A DNA stretch of 64,000 nucleotides from Camelus ferus. Its lineage: Eukaryota. This document shows, piece after piece, positions 12,375 to 23,116 of the stretch. The notes under the pieces were generated by a model, which saw only the letters and a list, made by a program, of their open reading frames with translations, was not told where the DNA came from and did not search any database. Where the stretch lies: positions 112,160,001-112,224,000 of the forward strand of contig NC_045697.1 of assembly GCF_009834535.1 (NCBI RefSeq), in the 5' to 3' direction. The stretch's first letter is position 1. The number at the start of each line of letters is the position of its first letter. The position numbers and the translations under genes are program-made.

Positions 12375-14305
12375 ATTTCTTAAATAGATTTTATTTTCAG
12401 AGCAGTTTTAGGTTCACAGCAAAAGTGAGTAGGGAGGTAAAGAGATTTCCCATACATCCCCTGCCCCCCACCATACATAGCCTCCTCCATTATCAACATC
12501 CCCTACTAGAGTGGTACATTTATTACAGTTGATAAGCTTACATTGACACATCACTATCACCCAGAGTCTATAGTTTAAATGGGGTTCACTATTGGTCTTG
12601 TACATTCTATGGGTTTGGAAAAATGTATGATCACTTGCATTCATCATTATAGTATCATAAATAGTAGTTCAGATGCTCTGAAAACCCTCTGTGCTTTTGT
12701 TCTTTCCTCCCTCTTCCCTAACACCTGACATCCACTAATCTTTTAACTGTCTCCATACTTTTGCTTTTCCAAAATTTCGTATAGTTGGAATCAGACACTA
12801 TGTCGCCTTCTCAGATTGGCTTCTTTCACTTAGTAATCTGCATTTGAGGTTTCTTCATGTCTTTTCATGTCTTGATATCTCATTTCTTTTTAGCACTGAA
12901 TAATACTCCATTGTCTAGATGCACTGCAATTAATCCATTCACCTACGGAAGAAATCTTCGTAGGTTCCAAGTTATGGCAATTGTAAATAAATCTACTATA
13001 AACATTCATGTGCAGGATTTTGTGTCAACATATGTTTTCAATTCCTTTAGGTAAATACAAAAGAGTAAAATGTCTGGATTATATGGTAGTAGTGGGTTTA
13101 GTTTTGTAAGAAACCACCAAATTGTCTTCCAGAGTGACTGGTGCCTTTTACATCTCCACCAAAAATGAACGGCAGTTGCTGTTGCTGTTGCTCCACCTCC
13201 TCACCAGCATTTGATATTGTCATGTGTTCTTGATTTTGGACATTCTAATAAGTGTGTAGAGGTAACTCATTGGTTCAGTTTGAATTTCCCTAATGACATT
13301 TGACATGGAGCTTCTTTTCATGTGCTTATTTGCCACCTGTATATCTTCTTTGTTGCAGTGTCTTTTTGGATATTTTGCCCATTTTTTTAATTGGGTTGCT
13401 TGCATTCCTACTGTTGAGTTTTAAGTGTTCTTTTTATATTTTGGATAGCAGCTCTTTACCAGATAAGTTTTTTTGCAAATATTTTCTACCAGCATGTTGT
13501 ATGTCTTGTTATTCTCTTGATAATGTCTCTCACAGAACATAAACTTTTAATTTGAATAAAGTCCAGTTTATCAATTCTTTTTCTATGAATCATGTCTTTG
13601 GTGTTGTAACTAAAAAGTCATTGCCATACCCAAGGTTATTTCAGTTTTTCTCTCCTATTATCTTTTAGGAATTTTATAGCTTTGTACTTTGCATTTTGGT
13701 CTATAATCCATTGTAAATTAACTTTTGTGAAGCATATAAGGTTTGTATCTGCATTCCTTTTTTTTTTCCTGTGTGTGCATGTCCAGTTCCTGCCCTATTT
13801 GTTGAAGAGACTATGTTTTAACCATTGCATTGCTTTTGTTTTTGTCAAAGATCAGTTTGCTATCTTTATGTAGGTCTGTTTCTTTGCATTCCATTCTGTT
13901 CTGTTGTATTGTTTCACCAATACCACACTCTGTGGATTACTGCAGTTTTACAGTAAGTCTTGAAGTTACGTATTGTCAGTCCTCCAACTTTGTTCTTGTC
14001 TTTCAGTATTGAGCTGGCTGTTCTGAGTCTTTTACCTCTCCAAAGTTTATAAACTTTAGAGTCAGTTTGTTGATATCCACAAAATAACATGCTGGGATTT
14101 GATTAAGATTGCATTAAATCTATAAATCAATAGTTTGGAAGAACTGACACCTTGACAATATTCAGTTTTCCTATGAATGAACATGGAATATCTTTCCATT
14201 TATTTAGTTTTTAAAAAAATTTTTTTCATCACAGTTTTGTAATTTTATTTGTATAGATCTTATACATATTTTGTTATCTTCATACCCAACATTTTGTCTT
14301 GAGGG
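12375..14305 (-). mobile_element. L1MC1/2-like 5'-truncated L1 (3' UTR + ORF2 C-terminus)
   Basis: agagcagttttaggttcacagcaaaa 3' end signature; minus ORF KKWAKYPKRHCNKEDIQVANKHMKR resembles the ORF2p C-terminal motif. Confidence 0.88.
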
Positions 14306-15295
14306 GTCATTTGATTAATTTTAACTTGGGTAATTTTTATCATATAAGTAATGCAATAACAACATTAAGAGAAATTCAAAAAGCTAAAATCACCAAAATA
14401 ATGTTACCCATATAGTTTTGCTTATTAATATTCTCTTCCAGTTTGTTTCCATATAAGTATCCACCTTGTGTAGGTATAATTGTATTATACACACACTTTT
14501 GAATCCCATGCTTCAAAATTGACATTGATGTGAATATTTTCCTTGTGACTATTCAGTCCTTAATAATCAGACTTGTCAAAATTGCAAGTGTGTATATCAT
14601 TATTTATTCCTACTGATAGCTGATGTTCTTTCCTTATTTATGACTGAAAAGTTGGTTTTAAAATTCAAAAATCACTGGAAAAGTAGTATGAAAATATTCA
14701 TATTTGGCTACAAGTGTTCTTTTACTTTCTAGCTGTCTGACTCTAAGTAAGTTCAAAGCTTAACTATATCTTATTTTTCTTAATTATAAAGTGGGTCCAA
14801 ATAATACATCTACCTTTTTCCTTGAGTGTATTGAGGGGTGACCTCATAAATCATTATAATCCCTTAAACTATTCCCAAGGTATGGGCTAAATAAATGACA
14901 TATGTATCTATTTATTAATTAAGGATATTATTAACAAATGCTTATTTGAATAGTTTAACATATTTTACATGTTAGATATATGGTTAAATCAACATCAGAA
15001 GATTTGAGGTCCACAAACTAAAATATCAACCAAAAGACACTGCAATAATTCTAGCAAAAGAAATCCAATAATAATGAAGCTTTTTTTTCTTCTCTTAGCA
15101 CTATAATGAATAGACCAGTCATGGATGACTCAACTTTCTCCATTAATTAGAAACTTACATTGACTCACCTGATTACTGACAATTATTTTCTGAATATTTA
15201 CAGAAGTCAGTGAATTGGTAACCTATAGAAAATATCACTATGATAAGATTCCACATAAAAATGCAGTAGACAATTAAGATTTTACTGTATTTGGC

Positions 15296-15322
15296 AAAAA
15301 CAAAACAAAACAAAACAAAACA
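15296..15322. repeat. (CAAAA)n
   Basis: Seen directly. Confidence 0.9.
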
Positions 15323-16502
15323 CAACACTCCTCGTACTGTATCCTTGCTAGGAATGAAATAGTAAGTCTTTATGCCTAAAATGCTCATATTCCAGAGAGA
15401 CGGATGTCTTATTTCAAGGTTCTCCTGACCAAGCCATGAAGAAGAGCATTAGCTGACCCTTGGGGTATGGCTGACTTTGCTATAAAGGGCAGCGAGAGCA
15501 ACCTCAATTCCGTATCTGTCAATGAGATTTGTAATCTGACTATAAAAGGCAAAATGCAAAAAAGGGCATTAAATGCCTAATAAAATTCACAATAAAAAAC
15601 CTTACAAGGAATATGCTTATGCATGCACACACGCACATAGGCACATACATGGATGAAATTTGGCTGCTGTTTTGCCAGAAAGAGGTACAGAAAAGCTTTC
15701 AGTGTATGACTTTTCTTGATCCAGAAATGATGAAAAAATATACTTTAAAGTAAAGTGTGGCCTTATACCCCTTCTTGATACTTCTAATGATCCTGAAAAT
15801 GTCCTTTAATATTTTCTGGTTAAGAAGAAAGTTTGAGTTGGTTGGATCTCTGCATAATTATTTTATGGTTGAGTAAAATTTTATGTTTCACTACAATAAT
15901 CCAAGAGAGACTAGGATTTCTTCCAGGAGCTGTCCCATGCTTCATTGATTTTAAGGCCACCTTCAACTGCACAGATCATAGTTACTTAAGAATAATTCTT
16001 TTATCATAAGGACAGATCAAATTTCTTTTGGATATTTAGGCATTTGATTCTTTCCCAAAAATCATAGGGAATGCTTGCTGAAATTCTGGGAACAGATACA
16101 AAACTGAACACATACACAATTGGGATGATCTTGCTTAGCCATAGTTTATGTAAAAAATATTTGAGTATACTATTCATTAGAAATTGTTTCCTGCTGGAGT
16201 TAAAAGAATCAGATTGGATTTTGATAGCACCACTTGCAAATTAAAGAAAAATCAGAAGTCAAAATTTGAGTTACCACCTAATGTTTAATAGTCTAAGAAC
16301 TCTAGTCTTGTATCAACAGAACTTGGGATAAAAAGATTAGAAAAAATTTACTTTGCATGGAGATTTTTCAGTTGATAGAATTTTAGGCTTTAATGGAGCC
16401 TGGACACCAACCTCCTACCCTGTCACATTAAAACGCAATTTCCTATATTTGTCATGGTGCTTTTATCACGTGGTCATTCAAATGTCTGCCTTAATATCCC
16501 AA

Positions 16503-17029
16503 TGTAGGGGAGCACAGCTCACCTCCCACAAATGTGTCTCTTTGGCATAAGGATTAATTTAGGCTAATTACTTTTAAGAAACAGAAGTCTCTTAGACTTA
16601 GATAGAGTCTGTTCCCAGAAGAGAGTTATCTGCACCAGAGATATTGCAGTGAACGTGAGCTAGGTGTGGCGGATGAACAGAGCCTAGAGATTAGAGTCTA
16701 CTCTGTGTTCCATTGCCCCTGCCTGGCCCAGCAAACATCTATTTATCAAACATTTGTTTTTCCATATCCATGTGAATTGCCTTTCTCTTCTTTGAGGTCC
16801 CAAACCACTATCCCAATGTCCTCTTTTTTTCTTTAGCTGGAGATAGTGTTTAAGGTGAGGGCTTCAGTCATTTTGGTAAGTGACGCAAGTTTTCATGGGC
16901 CTCTCCCATGTATATGTGTTATTAAACTTTTGTTTGATTTTCTCCTGTTAATCTGGCTCATGTCAATTTAAATCTTAGACCAGCCAAAAGACCTTAGCAA
17001 GGTGGAGGAATATTTCATTCTCAACAGCA
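16503..17029 (+). mobile_element. MER34-like ERV1 LTR
   Basis: Starts TGTAGGGGAGCACA; shares agagcctagagatt(a)agagtctactctgtgt and the 3' region with 11147-11712; TSD unclear. Confidence 0.82.
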
Positions 17030-17806
17030 GCAGCTCCACTCTTGGACACATCTAGTTGCTGGAATCACTTACAGGGAGATGAAAAGAATGGGCCAGAATG
17101 CCCACTATTTTTTCCTGGTTCTGCTTCTGAATGAGAGAGATTTGTTCCTTTTGTTAAATTAAAATAGCTTTAGGAAAGCTACCATTTTTTTCCCCAATCT
17201 TTACTCACTCAGACTAAGCAAAGTGACATGCACATGTTTGGGAGCCCAGTTGAGAGAAAATTCGCTCCTTATCTCTTAGTGTTCTTGTCTGTAAAATAGC
17301 TACAAAGCAACTCACTGTATACATCTTCTCTGAGGATTAACTCACAATGCAGGCTCTCAACAGATGTTAGCTACTATTTTTATTCTCTTCACCCATTCCT
17401 AGTGTGACTTAAATCCTTAAGAGCTAAGATAGATCCAGATAAGTTGGATTTGAATCCATTTCTTTGAAAAATCTCAGTATTTAATTTCTGTATATTTTGG
17501 GGAGTGGAGTGACAGAGGGAGAGAGAGTGAGAGAGGGGTGTGTGATGTGGTTGTATTTCTCTGGCATCTCAAACTCTGGTATCTTATCTCCTCTGTAGTC
17601 TTGCTTTCCACTGTGTGGGCTATGAAAATTTTCTTTATTTCTCCTGGAGTCAGTTAATCATGAAATTCAGCCCCTTTCTGATTACATACATACACACACA
17701 CCAAGCCTCTGAATAGGTAGCAACATCAATAAAAGTTTGAGAAGCTAAAAGTGCTTTACTTTCCCACATATGAAAACATGAACTGAATATCTGACATGTT
17801 TGCTCT

Positions 17807-18777
17807 TGTGGGAGAGGAAAAATAATTTCCCTTTATAGTCTTCTATGTTCTTGTCTGAGACTCCTCTTTAATAAAAGGACAGATTAATAGGGGAAAAAAA
17901 TCCAGAAGTTTAATAACATATATACCTCCAGCATACATGAGAGAGACCCAGGAAACCTGTGGAATGCCCCTAAATGACCCAAGCCATCACCTTAAATATT
18001 ATCTCTAACTAAAGACAAAAGAAAAAATTGAGGAGTAAGGGGAGAATTAGTTATGGGAGTTACCAGGAAAAGTACAGTAAAAAAAGGATAACATTGTTAT
18101 GAAATTTTAAATAGCTGCCTTCCCCATTGATAAGAATATCTAGAGATTTAGAATCAACTCCCTGGTCCTGGCACAGAGAGGGAGACAAGTGGAGATTTGC
18201 CTTATGTATATAAATGTCTCCTACAAAAGGGTAACTTCTACTCAATTTTCATATGTCTACTTCTTAAAAAAAATCAACTTACTTGGGGGTGGCAGATTCT
18301 GCTCTTCTTTGCCAGTTAAAGAATGTCACTTTCCACCTGATTCTACAAGGATTCAGTCATTAGTCACTGCAGTTGCTGACCAACAGTGCATCGTGGAAAG
18401 AATTCAGGGTGGAGATCAGGAATGAGGCACTTTATCCTCTGGGAAAACTGACAGAACAGACCCTCAGATAGATATTTTTAGGAGAAAATTTTATGAACCC
18501 AAATTTTTGCATCTTCTCACACTGAGAAAAGCAGTAGCATCATTAATTGAGATTATCTGTTCCTCTTGACTAACAGTAACCTTCTACCGAGATATATGCT
18601 TGACTGTGGGTAATCCTCCCCAAAGTCACATATAGCTCCCCTTACCTCTTTGGAGCAGTTTTTCAGCACTATCTGAAAGTCTGTGTCAGGGCTACTGTCC
18701 TCAGTAAGTCCCTCAATAAAACTGAAACTCACAGTTCTTGTCATTTTTTTTTTCTTTCCCTCAAGTTGAAATCTTCA
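17807..18777 (-). mobile_element. MER34-like ERV1 solo LTR, interrupted near its 5' terminus by another LTR
   Basis: tgtgggagaggaaaaataatt (reverse complement of the LTR 3' end); ggggtggcagattctgctcttctt resumes as tcttca after the insert; flanks ctct/ttct. Confidence 0.8.
18310..18771 (+). mobile_element. ERV1-class (MER41-like) solo LTR nested in 17807-18777
   Basis: Starts TGCCAGTTAAAGAATG; AATAAA 18715-18720; perfect 4-bp TSD tctt (18306-18309 and 18772-18775); terminal CA mutated to AA. Confidence 0.8.
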
Positions 18778-19284
18778 TTCTAAGATGTTTCCTATCTATT
18801 CAGCTCTGTCTTTGGCACCTTTTCTGGTCTACTTCCTCTTGTCCACGGGCAATCCACCAAAATTCCTCTGAAGAATGAGGAGTGCTTCCTTCCTTAAAAT
18901 ATTCAGATTCTTAATATTTGATTGGTTAGAGTCTGAGGGTCCTGGTGACAGGCATTACACAAGTGATTTGGCTCTAATGAATAAACTCCCTTTTTTGGAG
19001 ATCTTATTGCTTTACAAAATTCAGTAACCAAAGACTGTAATCCTACAGAGAGCTTTTTGCACTGCCAATTTAAGGAGGCAGGGTGGCTATTTATGGAAGA
19101 TCTTTAAACAAGAACAGTTTTTATTACTTTGAAATCACTTGCAGATGTTACTGAGTATCTTTGCAATCGCCACTAGATCAAAACTAAGACGGCACTTGTT
19201 ACAGCCATCTGTTTAATGCTTTGTTGAGAAATCTCATTCTTCTAGTGTTTTTAGGATTATTTTTGTGAGTCCAATTCTCAGCTA

Positions 19285-19995
19285 AGGTCAATGTTTAATA
19301 TCATTTCCTCTGCAAGTACCTAAGTACCTGTAGAATGTAAATCTGGCTTCAGTCCTACATAAGGTTGTAAATTCTTGAAGGGCAAGAATTATGAGATTTT
19401 TTCCCCCCATTTTTGTTCATCCCTTGGCACAATGTCTTGGCATATGGTAGAGTTTTGTTGTGGAGGAAAAACTTTCCTCTGCCCTTCTAAGTTCGTCCAG
19501 CTGGTCTAAGAATTAAATCGACATGAGACAATTTAACAGGAGAAAATCAAATTTTAATTTCATACATAGGGGAGTTTATAGAAATATCAGAGTCAAAGAA
19601 TTGATTAAAGCAGGTAGCTTTTCTACTTTTTAGACAAAGGAACAATACATTTATGAAGCATTGACAAGACAAAGAGACTTAGACTTGGGTACTGATTAGT
19701 GAAGGAATCACACAGAGTTTGGTTAAATAGCCTCTGGGCACTGAATTCCCTGTTTCTGGCAATAAGGATGTCTCTCTACTTCCTGATGCAGGGAAGGTTC
19801 CTTTCACATGGGAGATTTATGTAGAGATTTGAGGGGGACAGAAAGGAGAGTCAGAGTGTCTTTCTCACATCGACTGCTTCTCAAGTAATTTTAACTCAAA
19901 AGAATCAATATGCCAACATGTCATTTTGGGGGGCAATCTGCCCTGAACCTAACAGTTTCCATATACATTGGTTGAATGAATAAATGAATAAATAA
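19285..19995 (+). mobile_element. L2 3' end split by the 19456-19954 LTR
   Basis: tgtaaattcttgaagggcaag..tcttggcatatggtag before the LTR; ttggttgaatgaataaatgaat tail after it. Confidence 0.65.
19456..19954 (-). mobile_element. MER34-related ERV1 solo LTR
   Basis: TG...CA termini; perfect TSD gttt (19452-19455 and 19955-19958); ctggtctaagaattaaatcgacatgagaca is the reverse complement of the 3' region of the + copies. Confidence 0.85.
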
Positions 19996-20400
19996 GCAAA
20001 ATGAAAAAGGTTTGTTACATAATAAAAATGGCAAAAAGTACCATTGATTCATTTTTAGATGAAGGAAATCAAGGCCTTTAATATCTGTCTAGTTGTCCAG
20101 TCTTTCAAAAATTAAAATGACCATTTTAATAATTATAAGCATTGTGATTGTGATTTAACATTAATCATAATCTTGACTAATCATAGTCAAGGAATAATAA
20201 TCATTATAATCATAATGCCTAATTATGATTTGGCATTAAAATAAAAAGTTATGGAGAAAAGCAAAGAAACAGAGCAGGAAGGCCTAATTTGAATTATTTT
20301 AGTAATGACTGAGATTTCTTTTTACTGCTCACATTAGAATAATAATTATTGGTGAAGAATGGTATAGGAGTACCTGTTATTGTTTGGATAAATATAGATA

Positions 20401-20948
20401 TGTTACCCCAAAAAGGGCAGGAAAAGACCACAGTCCTTTTCTTACCCAAAAGATAAGAATTCAGACAGGAGACAGAAACATTGTGTAGTGATATTTTAAA
20501 GGATTTATTAGCAAAGGGAAGGTACACCTCCAAGAATGGGAGGTGGGCTGATCCAAGGGCGGATAGCAATGGTCTTTGTTTGCCCCTTTCTCTTGCATGC
20601 TCACTTAGAAGTAGTCTCTTGATTGATTGATGGCTCTTGCCCCTGGAGTGCTTAGTCATGCTTGTCCCCTTTTGCACATGTCCTTACCCATGATGCACAC
20701 AGAAAAACCCATGGGTTGTTTAAACTGTAATGTTAATTTTATTACAATGAGCATTGGGTCATGTCTGGTTAGGTCCCTGTTGCTATGGTGTAGGTATGGC
20801 TATCAAGGTCTAACTGGATTCTTGCTGGCACTAGTTTAGAGGAAGTAAAGCCCCTTTAAAATGCAGGCAGGCATAATGCCATCTTCTGGACCATCTCCCT
20901 CTCCTCCACCTGTTTGCCTGGTGCCCTCACTTATCTAACTATCTAACA
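20401..20948 (-). mobile_element. ERV1-class solo LTR
   Basis: TGTT...AACA termini; flanks gata/gaca; minus-strand AATAAA at 20504-20509. Confidence 0.8.
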
Positions 20949-21027
20949 GACAGAATTTTCACAAGACCCTTTTGTTAAAAATCAAAGCACAGCCAGTCTC
21001 CCTCCTCTCCATCCCTCCCCCAGTAAA

Positions 21028-21230
21028 AGGCAGTTTAACATAAAGGTCCAAGAGAGTGAACTCTGGGGCCAGGCTGTCTGGACCCAAAATGCAGCTCTGT
21101 ACCACCCTAGTCATTACTTTCTGGGAAGGCTGCACAAATCTGATGATCTCAGTTTCTCACTTAGAAAATAGAGATGATAATGTACCTTCTCCCAGTGTTG
21201 TTTACTATTTTAGAGCTCTTGAACAGTGCT
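21028..21230 (+). mobile_element. MIR SINE
   Basis: aagagagtgaactctggggccaggctgtctgg..ctcagtttctcacttagaaaatagagatgataat. Confidence 0.75.
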
Positions 21231-21399
21231 CTTTCTTCTCCCCCCTCTTCAACCCCCTTTTCTCTTCTTTCCTTCCTCCCTTCTTTCCTTCCTTTCTTTT
21301 ACTTTCTCAGTGATATTCCCTTAACTACTTTTTTCTATAATAATTTTTTAATCTACTTTGTATTAAGTTGAAGCATAGCCTATGAAGTGTCTTCAAAGT

Positions 21400-21931
21400 T
21401 GAAAAGAAGCAGAAAAATCCCGCCCCAAAATATGCCTCTCAGGCAAAAGGATTATTTTTGGCTGATTATTTTTAAGAAACAGCAGATAAAGGAGAAGCTT
21501 TTAAAATTGAGTAGAAGTTCCTTTGTGTAGGGATATTTACAATCATAAGGGCAACTTCATTTGTAGGGTGCCTCTGTATAAAGAAAAGGAGGATGACTTC
21601 AAATTTCTAGAAACTTATCAATGGAGAAGACAAGGACTTAAATCTATATAAAGACCTTATGTTTGATTACGGTGTTTCTCCTGGTCACATCCCATAACTG
21701 GTTTCCTCCCATGCAATATCCTTTATTGTTTTTAGTTACAGATGGTATTTAAGGTGGTGACTTGGACCATTTCAGGGAGCTATTAATTTTCCTGGGTCTC
21801 CCCCATTTATAAAGAGGTATACATGTTTTTAAATTTCATTTTTTTCTCTTGTTAATCTGTCTTTTTATTACAGAGTAATCTCAGCCAAGAACTTAGAAGG
21901 GTAGAGAGAAAATTATTTTTCCTTCTCTGCA
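21400..21931 (+). mobile_element. MER34-like ERV1 solo LTR
   Basis: TGAAAAGAAGCAGA..ccccaaaatatgcc..aggattattttt..ends ccttctctgCA; flanks aagt/atgt; same subfamily as 45620-46143. Confidence 0.85.
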
Positions 21932-22139
21932 ATGTTTTATTAGGAACTACAAAATGAGAATTTATAGCCATCAGAAAGAAGATATGTAAATTTAAATAAG
22001 CAGGTAAAAAATTAAAGTCATGCCTAGATGATGTTTAAATGAAGACTTAGTTTATTCTCTGTCTTCCATATAGAACTCTTTTCCCCCATGCTGAGTAGGA
22101 CTATAGTAGCTATCACATTAGTTTCTCTATGGCTTTATT

Positions 22140-22618
22140 TGTTTATTTTAGTACTTTTTCACACTTCAATATCTCTGAAATTGGGATGCATTTTACAATC
22201 CATAGTCTGGTAGCTGCTGTCAGCCAGGAACCAGAGAGTGGCTGTCATTATCTTTGTGTACATGAACTTAGTCAGAGCTATGAACACTGTCCTGCCTGCA
22301 CTAGTGTTATACACTTTGCTGACACTGCACATTTTGTGTTTGTGATCTTAGATGTCTAAGATGTATTAACTTATGATTTGGTATTTTTAAAAAGCTATGG
22401 AAAAAAAGAAACAGAATAGTGAGACCTACTTTTGATATTAATTAAGCAAATATTCATCATTACAGTTATAATCACAATGACATTATTTTCTTGGAAAGCA
22501 TACCCAAGTCCTTTGTGGAATCTAATAAGAAAGGAGGCTCAGAAGAAGATGAAGTTGTGTTATGTTTTGTTACTGAACTATTTTCAAAATGATTGCACCT
22601 TTCATTGTGATGCAACTG
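22140..22618 (+). mobile_element. Kanga1-like Tc2/pogo DNA transposon, left part
   Basis: tttttcacacttcaatatctctgaaattgggatgcattttacaatc and tttgatattaattaagcaaatattcatcatt..gatgaagttgtgttatgttttgttactga match the recalled Kanga1/MER104 sequence. Confidence 0.7.
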
Positions 22619-23053
22619 TATTTCTGTGGTGTCAGTTGTAACTTCTCTTTCATTTCTGATTTTGTTTATTTGGGACATCTCTTTTTTTCTTGATGAGTCT
22701 GACCAAAGGTTCATCAATTTGTTTATCTTTTTTAAAAATGACCTCTTAGTTTTATTGATCTTTTCTGTCATTTTTATTTCCATTTCATTTATTTCTTCTG
22801 TAATTCTTATTTATTTGCTTTACTAATTTGGGGGTTTGCTTTTTCCCCCTTATTTCTTTTAGCTTTAGATTGTTTATTTAAGATCTTTATTACTTTCTGA
22901 GGTAGGCTTTGTTGCTATAAATTTCCCTCTTAGAACTGCTTTTTCTGCATCCTGTAAATTTTAAATCATTGTCTTTCCATTTTCATTTGTTTCAAGGTAT
23001 TTAAAATTTTTTCTCTGATTTATTTATTTGTTTGCAATATATTTGTTTAGTCT

Positions 23054-23116
<63 letters not shown>

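Noticed and set aside
11147..17029. Two same-family, same-strand LTRs 4.8 kb apart as the ends of one provirus
   Set aside because: No PBS or gag/pol/env between them; the interior is MLT1, L1 and unique DNA; the left LTR has its own near-TSD; the copies are substantially diverged
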